Shown: piece by piece, positions 40,134 to 48,331 of the stretch
Layout of the letters: each line of letters starts with the position of its first letter
How positions within the stretch are numbered: position 1 is the first letter of the stretch
Made by a program: the position numbers and the translations under genes
Assembly (NCBI GenBank): GCA_903938815.1
Contig: CAJAES010000027.1
Coordinates: forward strand, 1,324-65,323
DNA from: an uncultured beta proteobacterium
GTDB taxonomy: Bacteria > Pseudomonadota > Gammaproteobacteria > Burkholderiales > Burkholderiaceae_C
Length of the DNA: 64,000 nt
Reading direction: 5' to 3'
The notes under the pieces: generated by a model
Databases searched by the model: none
Told to the model about the DNA's origin: nothing
The model's input: only the letters and a program-made list of their open reading frames with translations

Positions 40134-41492
40134 ATGCAATCGTTCCCCAGGGCGCTGACGCCCGTACACGTTCGTGCCGTCGCCCATGCGCGTCCGACAC
40201 CGCTTGCAACGGCGGTTTCAGCAGCGGTTTCAAAGGCCCTTTCGACAGCGCTCCACACAGCGCTCCAGACAGCACCCGCACTCGTTCTGGCCCTGGCCTT
40301 CGTCCTGACGTCTGGCGCGGCGTTGGCGCAGGGTGCGCCCGCCACCCTTCGACCCGAGATCGCGCCACCGCTGGTGGCGGCGCAGAAGGCGCTGGGCGAC
40401 AAGCAGTTCGATGAGGCGCTGGCGCAGTTGCGCGCGGCCGATGCCGTGGCGGGCAAGACTGCCTACGAGACCTACCTCGTCGAGCGCCTGCGTTTCGTGG
40501 CGGCAGCCGGCAAGCGCGATGCGCCGCTCGCGCTGCGGTCCATCGAGGCGGCACTCGCCACCGGGCAGGCCGAGCCCGAGCTGCGCGCCACCCTGATGGA
40601 CCAGGCCTCCAATACAGCCTACGGCCTGAAGGACTACGAGCGGACCGTGCAATGGGCGCGGCGCGCCATCGAGGCCGGCGCCACGGGCAGCGTCACCTCG
40701 CTGCGGCTGGCACAGGCGCTGTACTTCCAGGGCCAGCACCCCGCAGCAGGGCAGGCCCTGGACGCGCTGGCCACGCGGCAGCGCGCCGCCGGTGAGGCGC
40801 CGGGCGAGCCGCAGTTGCGCCTGCAGGCCAGCAACCTGCTCAAGATGAACGACGACGCGGGCTACGCAGGCGTCCTGGAAGACCTCCTGCTGGCCTACCC
40901 GAAGCCCGCCGTCTGGAGCGACCGGTTGGCCCGGCTGTCGCGCCAGAGCGGTTTCGACGATCGGCTGATGCTGGACCTGATGCGGCTGGGGCAGCGCGTG
41001 CAGGCCTGGGAAACACCGCAGGCGCAGGCCGAACTCGTGGAACTGGCGCTCCAGGCCGGCTTCGTCAACGAGGCCCGTGGCTACCTGGATGCGGCCTACG
41101 CCAAGGGCCTGCTCGGCCAGGGCCCCGATGCCGCAAGGCATCAGACCCTGCGCCAGCGCGTGCAGAGCCTGTCGGCCGCCGATCGCGCCGCGGGTGCGCC
41201 CGACGCCAGGGCCCTGGCCGCGCGTGATGCGGCCTTCGTGTTCTCGACCGGGTGGGACCAGTACACCGCCGGAAGGCAGCCCGAAGGCCTGGCGCTGATG
41301 CAGCAGGCGGTGCAGCGCGGCCTGTCGAAGAACCCCGACGACGCCCGCCTGAGGTTGGCCGGCGCCCTGGCGGCCAGCGGGCAGACGGAGCCTGCCCGCG
41401 CGATGCTGATCGCCGTGCGCGATGCCGGCCACCGCGACGGCTTGAGCGACCTGGCGCGCCTGTGGCTGCTTCAGGTGCCCGCGCCGCGCTGA
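40134..41492 (+). CDS. Secreted helical-repeat (TPR-like) protein, unknown function
   Basis: ATG 40134 in track ORF 40062..41492. Hydrophobic signal-like segment ending AALAQG near residue 60. Ala/Leu-rich repeats. The start is uncertain. Confidence 0.6.
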   Translation: MQSFPRALTPVHVRAVAHARPTPLATAVSAAVSKALSTALHTALQTAPALVLALAFVLTSGAALAQGAPATLRPEIAPPLVAAQKALGDKQFDEALAQLRAADAVAGKTAYETYLVERLRFVAAAGKRDAPLALRSIEAALATGQAEPELRATLMDQASNTAYGLKDYERTVQWARRAIEAGATGSVTSLRLAQALYFQGQHPAAGQALDALATRQRAAGEAPGEPQLRLQASNLLKMNDDAGYAGVLEDLLLAYPKPAVWSDRLARLSRQSGFDDRLMLDLMRLGQRVQAWETPQAQAELVELALQAGFVNEARGYLDAAYAKGLLGQGPDAARHQTLRQRVQSLSAADRAAGAPDARALAARDAAFVFSTGWDQYTAGRQPEGLALMQQAVQRGLSKNPDDARLRLAGALAASGQTEPARAMLIAVRDAGHRDGLSDLARLWLLQVPAPR

Positions 41493-41641
41493 GGCTTGAC
41501 GACCTGATCGACTGGCCGGCTGACGGGCCTGGATCGTTCGCCAAAGGGGCCACAGGGAAGGATCCCTGGCCGCTTGGTTCGTCAGCGAACGGACAGGCCG
41601 CATGCCTGCGGCCACCATGCGGCACGCATCCAGGAGTCGCA

Positions 41642-41863
41642 TTGAGTCAATCCGCACGCATCGTCGGCAAGGTCGAATACCGGGAAGGCGACGGCGCGAA
41701 CCTCGTCATCCGCCCAGGCCCCTGCGAGGTGGAACAGACCCCGCTGGACGCCACCATCAGCTGGACCGACGGCGCCAGCAAAGGCGTGGCCGCGATGCCG
41801 CTTCCGGACTTCCAGCGCTATGTCGCCAGCCACGCCATCCGGTTCGACGATGCGCCGGCGTGA
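41642..41863 (+). CDS. Small hypothetical protein (73 aa, TTG start)
   Basis: AGGAG lies 5 nt upstream of TTG 41642. The frame matches the tail of track ORF 41252..41863. Its stop overlaps the GTG of the next gene (GTGA). Confidence 0.45.
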   Translation: MSQSARIVGKVEYREGDGANLVIRPGPCEVEQTPLDATISWTDGASKGVAAMPLPDFQRYVASHAIRFDDAPA

Positions 41864-42600
41864 GAGGGCAGGCGCCGCCGCTCGCCCGGTGGGCCGGAAC
41901 CACGGTGCTGGCCCTTGCCTGCCTTGGCTGCAGCGTCGGGAACTTGCAGCGCGCCGCTGAACTGGCGCGCCTGAGCGAGCCCTGGCAGCAGAGCCCGCCG
42001 CAGGCCGTCCTGCGACTGCTCATCGTGGGCGACAGCACCGCCGTGGGAACGGGTGCGACCGACGGCGCCAACAGCCTGGCCGGCCTGATCGGTCAGGCCT
42101 ACCCGCAGCTCTTCATCGAGAACCGGGCACGCGACGGTGCGACATTCGCCGATATCGCCGCGCAGTTCCAGACCGGCGAGCGCTTCGACATGGTGCTGGT
42201 GCAGGGGGGCGGCAACGACGTGATCCGACTGCGCGCATGGTCAGGGGTACAGCCGGCCCTCGCACAGGTGGCTGCCTTGGCCGGCGCGCAGTCAGATCTC
42301 GTCGTCCTGATGCCCGCGGGCAATGTGGGCAACGCGCCGTTCTTCCTCGCACCGGTGTCGTGGCTGATGACCTGGCGTTCGCGCCGCCTGCACGCGGTGG
42401 TGAAGCAGGTTGCCGCAAGCAACGCCGCCGTGGTGGTGGACCTGTTCCAGGAGCGCGCGGATGACCCGTTCGTCCGGCACCCGGGCCTCTACGCGGGTGA
42501 CGGACTGCACCCCAGCGATGCCGGCTACCGCGTGTGGTTCGCCGAGCTCGAGGCACAGGCCAGCCTGTCGCACCACCTGGCTGCAGCACGAGGTCTGTAG
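41860..42600 (+). CDS. SGNH/GDSL hydrolase family protein
   Basis: GTG 41860 in track ORF 41602..42600. N-terminal signal (TTVLALACLGCS). Blocks LLIVGDSTAVGTG, QGGGNDV and DGLHPS. Confidence 0.7.
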   Translation: MRGQAPPLARWAGTTVLALACLGCSVGNLQRAAELARLSEPWQQSPPQAVLRLLIVGDSTAVGTGATDGANSLAGLIGQAYPQLFIENRARDGATFADIAAQFQTGERFDMVLVQGGGNDVIRLRAWSGVQPALAQVAALAGAQSDLVVLMPAGNVGNAPFFLAPVSWLMTWRSRRLHAVVKQVAASNAAVVVDLFQERADDPFVRHPGLYAGDGLHPSDAGYRVWFAELEAQASLSHHLAAARGL

Positions 42601-42729
42601 GGCCCCTGTGCGGGGCCCGGGTGCAGCGCAGGGTTCGGCAACGCACCGACAGCCGACCACGCAGTGCCGATCATCGAGCCTGTCGCGCTGCGTCCGCAGC
42701 GCAATTCCAATGCAAGGGAACACCACCTC

Positions 42730-42987
42730 ATGAACTTCCTCACCTGGCTCATCGTCGGCGGCCTCATCGGCTGGCTGGCCAGCATCCTGATGAACACCAA
42801 CCACCAGCAGGGCATCTTCCTGAACGTGATCGTCGGCATCATCGGCGCCATGCTGGCGGGCTGGTTCGTCACGCCGCTGGTCGGCGTCGGCACGATCAAT
42901 CAGGACAACTTCAGCCTGGCGGGCCTGCTGGTCTCCCTGGTGGGCGCGGTGCTCCTGCTGGCGCTTCTGAAGCTCGTTCGCCGCTGA
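42730..42987 (+). CDS. GlsB/YeaQ/YmgE family stress-response membrane protein
   Basis: MNFLTWLIVGGLIGWLASILM...GIIGAMLAGWF is the classic transglycosylase-associated/YmgE pattern. 85 aa. Confidence 0.85.
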   Translation: MNFLTWLIVGGLIGWLASILMNTNHQQGIFLNVIVGIIGAMLAGWFVTPLVGVGTINQDNFSLAGLLVSLVGAVLLLALLKLVRR

Positions 42988-43008
42988 CAGCGCGCCAACG
43001 TTGGCGCA

Positions 43009-44016
43009 TTGAAGCTCTTTCGTCCCATCCGGCGGCGGGCCTTCGGCACCGCCTTGCTCAACCGCAGCCTGACGCTGCTGGCGCGGCAGGCGCGTGCCTT
43101 CAAGCGTGCGCTGAAGCCTGCAGTGTCCCGGCCGCATCGGTCCCCGGCTGTGGCCGGCAAGGGCTGGACCCAGGGCGTAGCCTCGGGCGCGGCCGGTTCG
43201 CGTCGCTACTGGCTGTACTGCCCTCCGGGCGTGGCCGCGCAAGAGCGCCTGCCGCTGATGGTGATGCTGCACGGTTGCCGCCAGGATGCCGCCGCGTTCG
43301 CGGCGAGCACGGGCATGAATCGCGTCGCCCTGCGCGAACGCTTCCTGGTGCTCTACCCCGAGCAGGATCTCTCCGCCAATGCACAGGGCTGCTGGAACTG
43401 GTTCGAGACCGACTCGGGCCGCGGCTTCGGCGAGGCTGAACTGATCCTGGGCGCCATCGATCAGGTGTGCGCCAGACAACCCGTCGACCCACAGCGCGTG
43501 GCGATCTCCGGCCTCTCGGCAGGCGCCAGCATGGCTGCATTGCTGGTCACGCGGCACCCGGCCCGATTCCAGGCGCTGGTGATGCACTCGGGCATCCCGC
43601 CCGGAACGGCGCACTCCACGATGTCGGCCCTGGGCGCCATGCAGCACCACCATGCCACGCGTCCGCTGGCCGTGACATCGGCCGTCATGGCGGCAAGCTG
43701 GCCGGCCCTGCTGGTCATTCACGGGCAGGCCGACCGGGTGGTGTCCCCCCGTTACGGGCAGGCCTCGGCCGACCTGTGGGCTGCGGCAGCAGGGGCCAGC
43801 CCGGCCGCGGCTCGCAGGCTGCAGCGGGGCCGGCGCCACGCGATGTCCATCACGGATTTCAAGCATGTCGGGCGCACGGTCGCCACGCTCGTGGCCGTTG
43901 ACAAGCTGGGCCACGCCTGGAGCGGTGGCGCCGACCGGCAGCCCTTCGCCGATGCGGCGGGCCCCGATGCATCGCGCATGGCATGGTCCTTTGCCGCGAA
44001 ACAGTTTCTGCCGTGA
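43009..44016 (+). CDS. PHB depolymerase family esterase
   Basis: TTG start. Motifs LPLMVMLHGCRQDA, CWNWF and nucleophile elbow GLSAGASMA are typical of the esterase/PHB depolymerase family. Confidence 0.8.
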   Translation: MKLFRPIRRRAFGTALLNRSLTLLARQARAFKRALKPAVSRPHRSPAVAGKGWTQGVASGAAGSRRYWLYCPPGVAAQERLPLMVMLHGCRQDAAAFAASTGMNRVALRERFLVLYPEQDLSANAQGCWNWFETDSGRGFGEAELILGAIDQVCARQPVDPQRVAISGLSAGASMAALLVTRHPARFQALVMHSGIPPGTAHSTMSALGAMQHHHATRPLAVTSAVMAASWPALLVIHGQADRVVSPRYGQASADLWAAAAGASPAAARRLQRGRRHAMSITDFKHVGRTVATLVAVDKLGHAWSGGADRQPFADAAGPDASRMAWSFAAKQFLP

Positions 44017-44783
44017 CAGCCGATCCAACCATCCCGACCGCTCCGACCGCTCCGACCGCATGCAGCGCATGCCCGTTGCGCAGCCTGCCGCTGTTCCTGG
44101 ACCACACCGACGAGGAACTGGAACTGGTGCAGTCGCTCAAGCGCGGCGTGCAGAGTCTGGGCCCGCTGGAGACCCTGATCCATGAGGGACAGACCGATGC
44201 ACCGCTGTACACGCTGCTCGAGGGCTGGGCGTTCCGCTACAAGACCCTGAGCGACGGCCGGCGCCAGATCCTGAGCTTCCTGCTGGCCGGCGACTTCATC
44301 GGTGTGCAGCAGAAGATGGGCGACGCCGCGGCACATGGCGTCGACACGCTGACGCCGGCGGTGTTCTGCATGTTCCAGCGCAACGCGCTGTGGGAACTGC
44401 ATCGCCGCTCTCCGACCATGGGCTTCAACGTGACCTGGCTCACCGCGCACGAGGAGTCGATGGTGGACGACACGCTGCTCTCGGTCGGCCGCCGCAGCGC
44501 CGAGGAACGCATCGCGATGATGCTGATCCTGCTGTTCAAGCGCGCTGCGGCGCTGCAGGCCGATGCAGGCGCGGGCGGCGTTCCGTTCCCGCTCACGCAG
44601 CAGCACATCGCCGACGGCCTGGGGCTGTCGCTCGTCCACACCAACAAGACCTTGCGCAAGCTGGAGCGGCGCGGCCTGCACCAGATATCGCAGGGCCGCC
44701 TGCATATGCGCGACGTGAAGGCGCTCGCGCGCCTGGCGGACCTGTGGGGCGACGGTCGGCCGCCGCAGCGCCCCCTGGTGTAG
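44013..44783 (+). CDS. Crp/Fnr family transcriptional regulator
   Basis: Track ORF 43983..44783. GTG 44013 overlaps the upstream TGA. It has a cNMP-binding-like barrel and the HTH QQHIADGLGLSLVHTNKTLRKLERRGL. The N-terminus carries CSAC. Confidence 0.8.
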   Translation: MTADPTIPTAPTAPTACSACPLRSLPLFLDHTDEELELVQSLKRGVQSLGPLETLIHEGQTDAPLYTLLEGWAFRYKTLSDGRRQILSFLLAGDFIGVQQKMGDAAAHGVDTLTPAVFCMFQRNALWELHRRSPTMGFNVTWLTAHEESMVDDTLLSVGRRSAEERIAMMLILLFKRAAALQADAGAGGVPFPLTQQHIADGLGLSLVHTNKTLRKLERRGLHQISQGRLHMRDVKALARLADLWGDGRPPQRPLV

Positions 44784-44844
44784 CGCTGCAACGGGATGTC
44801 TTTGTACACAGGGGCCGGCATCCCGCGCTCCTACATTGCGGCCG

Positions 44845-45552
44845 ATGCCCGCAATCCATGCACTTGAAATCCGCCTCGAAGGCAACCGCCTTCTGTCCGC
44901 ATTGCCGGATGCCGACTGGTCACGCCTGCTGCCCGACCTGGAGTGGGTGCAACTGACGCACGGCGAGACCCTCTACGAGGCTGGCGCCCCACTGCGCCAG
45001 GTGCACTTCCCGGTGACCGCGAATGTCTCGCTGGTGTCGTCGATGCGCGACGGCTCCTCCGCCGAGGTGGCGGTGGTGGGTCGCGAGGGCGTGGTCGGGT
45101 TGAGCGCCTGCCTGGGCGCCGGCATCGCGCACACCAGCGCCGTGGGGCAAGGGGCCGGCCATGCCTGGCGCATGGGGGTTGGCGCCATGAACCGGCACGT
45201 CGGGCAATCAATGCCTCTGCTCCAGGGCGTGCTCGGCTACACGCAGGCACTGCTCGCGCACATGGCGCAGACCTCCGCCTGCAATCGCCATCACGGACTC
45301 GACCAGCAACTCTGCCGATGGCTGCTGCTGCACCTCGACAGGCAATCGCACAACGAGATGCACGCGACGCAGGAGCGCATTGCGCGGTTGCTCGGCGTGC
45401 GCCGCGAAGGGGTCACGGGCGGTGCGGCGCGGCTGCGAGATGCAGGCCTGATCCGCTATGCCCGGGGCCGGATCTCGATCCTCGACCGGCAGGGCCTCGA
45501 AGCGCGCAGCTGCGAGTGCTATGCCGTCGTGCGCGACGCCCACATGGCCTGA
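44845..45552 (+). CDS. Crp-like transcriptional regulator (paralogue of 51316..52026)
   Basis: ATG 44845 (track TTG 44836). NRLLSALPDADW...VSLVSSMRDGSSAEVAVVGREGVVG...CNRHHGLDQQLCRWLL...LGVRREGVT... Confidence 0.8.
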   Translation: MPAIHALEIRLEGNRLLSALPDADWSRLLPDLEWVQLTHGETLYEAGAPLRQVHFPVTANVSLVSSMRDGSSAEVAVVGREGVVGLSACLGAGIAHTSAVGQGAGHAWRMGVGAMNRHVGQSMPLLQGVLGYTQALLAHMAQTSACNRHHGLDQQLCRWLLLHLDRQSHNEMHATQERIARLLGVRREGVTGGAARLRDAGLIRYARGRISILDRQGLEARSCECYAVVRDAHMA

Positions 45553-45732
45553 AGCGTGCTCAGCCTGCGCTGCACGGGCGCTTGCGGCGCACCGCGCAGG
45601 TGGACTGTGCACTGGCGGTGTGCGAGCGCAATGGTTCCCAGTCGTACGCTGCCGAACAGACCTCCCACCCCGCCGGGCCGCATCCTCGGGGATACCGGTT
45701 TCCCCGTCCCATCACTGCCAGAAAGTCTCCCC

Positions 45733-46167
45733 ATGAACTACGAAGAACGCGATCCTCACGGCATGTACAAGTCCGCCGATGCAGGCCCCGATGTGCGCCG
45801 CGGCCCCGGCCCGCACCTCATGGGCGCCGACACGCTTCTCGGCAACGACGTCTACAACAGGCAGTCGGAAGACCTCGGCGACATCAGTGAGATCATGCTC
45901 GACATGCGCAGCGGGCGCGTCAGCTATGCGGTGCTGTCCTTCGGTGGGTTCCTGGGCATGGGCGACAAGCTCTTCGCCGTGCCGTGGGCTGCGCTGAAGC
46001 TCGACACCGAGAACAAGCGCTTCGTCCTCGATGTCACGAAGGAGCGTCTCGAAACGGCGCCCGGCTTCGACAAGAACCATTGGCCCGACATGGCCGATGC
46101 CGTCTGGCAGAAGGACATCCACGCCTACTACGGCACGAAACCTGAACTCGATACGCCCCGCCTTTGA
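45733..46167 (+). CDS. PRC-barrel domain protein
   Basis: ATG 45733 in track ORF 45556..46167. LLGNDVYNRQSEDLGDISEIMLDMRSGRVSYAVLSFGGFLGMGDKLFAVPW is a typical PRC-barrel core. Confidence 0.8.
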   Translation: MNYEERDPHGMYKSADAGPDVRRGPGPHLMGADTLLGNDVYNRQSEDLGDISEIMLDMRSGRVSYAVLSFGGFLGMGDKLFAVPWAALKLDTENKRFVLDVTKERLETAPGFDKNHWPDMADAVWQKDIHAYYGTKPELDTPRL

Positions 46168-46187
46168 GCCTGGGCAGAAAGAACGGC

Positions 46188-47000
46188 ATGCTGATTCGCG
46201 TCGGTTTTGAAATGGTCTACCAGTGTCCGGCTCCCACGCCGATGATCCTGGCGCTCAACATCCACTACTCGCGCGCTTCAGACCTCGTGCGTCCGGACCA
46301 TCTGGTCACGATCCCGGCGGTGCCCGTCACGGCCTACCGGGATCTCTTCGGCAACTGGTGCAGCCGGATCGTGGCGCCCCAGGGTCGCTTCGTGATCAGC
46401 ACTGACGCCGTCGTGCAGGATTCCGGGCTCACCGACGTCATTGCCACCTACGCCGAAGAGGTTCCGGTGGAGCAGTTGCCCGAGTCGACGCTGGTCTATC
46501 TGCTCGGCAGCCGCTACTGCGAGACCGACCTGCTGTCGGACGTGGCCTGGCAACAGTTCGGCAACGGCCCCAGGGGCTGGGCGCGCGTGCAGGCCATCTG
46601 CGATTTCGTGCACCAGCGCATCCGCTTCAATTACGCGCACGCGCGGCGCACCCGTACCGCGTGGGAGGCCTTCAACGAAGGGCAGGGCGTGTGCCGCGAC
46701 TATGCGCATCTCGCCATCGCGCTGTGCCGCTGCATGAACATTCCCGCCCGCTACTGCACCGGCTATCTCGGTGACATGGGCACCGAGCCGCCCTACGGCC
46801 CGATGGATTTCGCCGCGTGGTTCGAAGTCTGGCTGGGCGACCGCTGGTATGCCTTCGATGCGCGCAACAACACGCCGCGCATCGGCCGCGTCCTGCTCGC
46901 GCGCGGCCGCGACGCCTGCGACGTCGCGCTGGCCAGCACCTTCGGCCCCAACACGCTGGAATCGTTCAAGGTCTGGACGGACGAAGTGATGTCCGCATGA
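46188..47000 (+). CDS. Transglutaminase-like family protein (Bact_transglu_N plus Cys-protease-fold core)
   Basis: MLIRVGFEMVYQC N-domain. Catalytic region GQGVCRDYAHLAIALCR...FAAWFEVWLGDRWYAFDARNN (Cys/His/Asp). Confidence 0.85.
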   Translation: MLIRVGFEMVYQCPAPTPMILALNIHYSRASDLVRPDHLVTIPAVPVTAYRDLFGNWCSRIVAPQGRFVISTDAVVQDSGLTDVIATYAEEVPVEQLPESTLVYLLGSRYCETDLLSDVAWQQFGNGPRGWARVQAICDFVHQRIRFNYAHARRTRTAWEAFNEGQGVCRDYAHLAIALCRCMNIPARYCTGYLGDMGTEPPYGPMDFAAWFEVWLGDRWYAFDARNNTPRIGRVLLARGRDACDVALASTFGPNTLESFKVWTDEVMSA

Positions 47001-47719
47001 CCTATTGCGTGGGTGTCAAGCTGGACGAAGGCCTCATCTTCGCCAGTGATTCGCGCACGCACGCGGGCGTCGACAACTACGCCAAGTTCCGCAAGATGAC
47101 GGTCTTCGAACGCAGCGGCGACCGCGTCATCGTGCTGCTGAGTTCAGGCGGCCTGGCCGCAACGCAGGCGGTCATCAACGTGCTGAGCCGGCGTGCGGAA
47201 GCCGAGGGCCCGAACCTGTGGAGCGTGGGTTCGATGTTCGACGTCGCCATCCTGGTGTCGGACGCCCTGCGCGACATAGAACGCCGCGACGGCCCGTTCA
47301 TGGAATCGGGCGGGCTGAAGTTCAACGCCTCTTTCATTCTCGGCGGGCAGATCGCCGGCGAAGGCATGCGCCTGTTCCGGCTCTACGCAGAGGGCAACTT
47401 CATCGAGGCCGGCATCGACACGCCATTCCTGCAGACGGGCGAGGCCAAGTACGGCAAGCCCATCCTCGACCTCGCCGTGAGCGCCACCGCCACGCTGGAA
47501 GACGCCACCAAGTGCGTGCTGGTGTCCTTCGACTCCACGATGATCAGCAACCTATCCGTGGGCATGCCGATCGACCTGCTCTGCTACGCGCGCGACACCA
47601 TGCAAGTGACGATGCAGCGCCGCTTCGACCAGGGCGACGACTACTTCGAGGCGCTCACCCGGCAATGGCTCGAAGGCACGCGGCGTGTGTTCCATGACCT
47701 GCCTGCGCTGACTTGGTGA
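46997..47719 (+). CDS. Proteasome-type peptidase Anbu (ancestral beta subunit family)
   Basis: ATGA overlap with the transglutaminase gene. N-terminus MTYCVGVKLDEGLIFASDSRTHAG, with Thr2 as the Ntn nucleophile. About 240 aa, typical of Anbu. Confidence 0.8.
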   Translation: MTYCVGVKLDEGLIFASDSRTHAGVDNYAKFRKMTVFERSGDRVIVLLSSGGLAATQAVINVLSRRAEAEGPNLWSVGSMFDVAILVSDALRDIERRDGPFMESGGLKFNASFILGGQIAGEGMRLFRLYAEGNFIEAGIDTPFLQTGEAKYGKPILDLAVSATATLEDATKCVLVSFDSTMISNLSVGMPIDLLCYARDTMQVTMQRRFDQGDDYFEALTRQWLEGTRRVFHDLPALTW

Positions 47720-47738
47720 GATGTTCGCCGGACAGCGT

Positions 47739-47752
47739 TTGTTCCAGATCAA
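47739..47752. promoter_or_regulatory. FNR/CRP-type dyad, 9/10 match to TTGAT-N4-ATCAA
   Basis: TTGTT-ccag-ATCAA lies in the AT-rich spacer about 145 nt upstream of ATG 47897. TATAGT (47831-47836) and TACTAT (47860-47865) are possible -10 boxes downstream. Confidence 0.3.
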
Positions 47753-47896
47753 TACAAGCACATATTCCTTTGAAGATGTCTTGTGCTGCGACTGTTCGGT
47801 GACGCACATACGCCCCCTGCTGCGCCGCAATATAGTGCTCTCAAATGCGTACCGAGGCGTACTATCGAAACCTCCGATCCCCCTGGTCAGCGCGAT

Positions 47897-48331
47897 ATGC
47901 CTGTTGCTTGGCAAGACATCAGCCGCTGGCCCTTGCTGCTGAACCTCCGCTTGCCGAACGGGGCGAGCGTCGAGCAGATTGCCGACGCCGTCACCGACAT
48001 CTGGATTGAGATCGACCGGGTCTTGCATCCGATCGTCGGGCACCGCGGTGTGGCCGCCCTGTACCACCGCAGCCTGAAGGTATCGGCTGCAGGTCACCCC
48101 TGGCTGAGCCCGGCGAACCCCGGCCTGCTCGCCGAAATCAATCGTGATGCGCTGCGTGCTGCGCTTGTCGGTCAGACCCCGGACGACGCAAGAGCGGGTG
48201 CGCTCGATCAACTCGAAGCCTTTTGCACTCTGCTGGCCAGCCTGGTCGGCGCTTCACTCACGGCCCGGCTGCTTGCGCCGGTGTGGGCACCATCCGAGGG
48301 CGAGCCGCCCGCGCAGGAAGTTTTTTCATGA
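47897..48331 (+). CDS. Hypothetical 144-aa protein, first gene of the KaiC-like module
   Basis: ATG 47897 in track ORF 47783..48331. GC3 rises sharply only after this ATG. Its stop overlaps the next start (ATGA). No family recognised, and no TM or signal peptide. Confidence 0.55.
   Translation: MPVAWQDISRWPLLLNLRLPNGASVEQIADAVTDIWIEIDRVLHPIVGHRGVAALYHRSLKVSAAGHPWLSPANPGLLAEINRDALRAALVGQTPDDARAGALDQLEAFCTLLASLVGASLTARLLAPVWAPSEGEPPAQEVFS

Noticed and set aside
44836-44844. TTG start at 44836 for the Crp-like gene.
   Set aside because: An in-frame ATG lies three codons downstream (44845). The paralogue aligns from about that point, so the difference is immaterial to the call.
47783-47896. Upstream GTG start (47783) for the orphan protein, as listed in the track.
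   Set aside because: Third-codon positions between 47783 and 47896 are A/T-rich, unlike local coding DNA. The segment carries promoter-like elements, so ATG 47897 is preferred.
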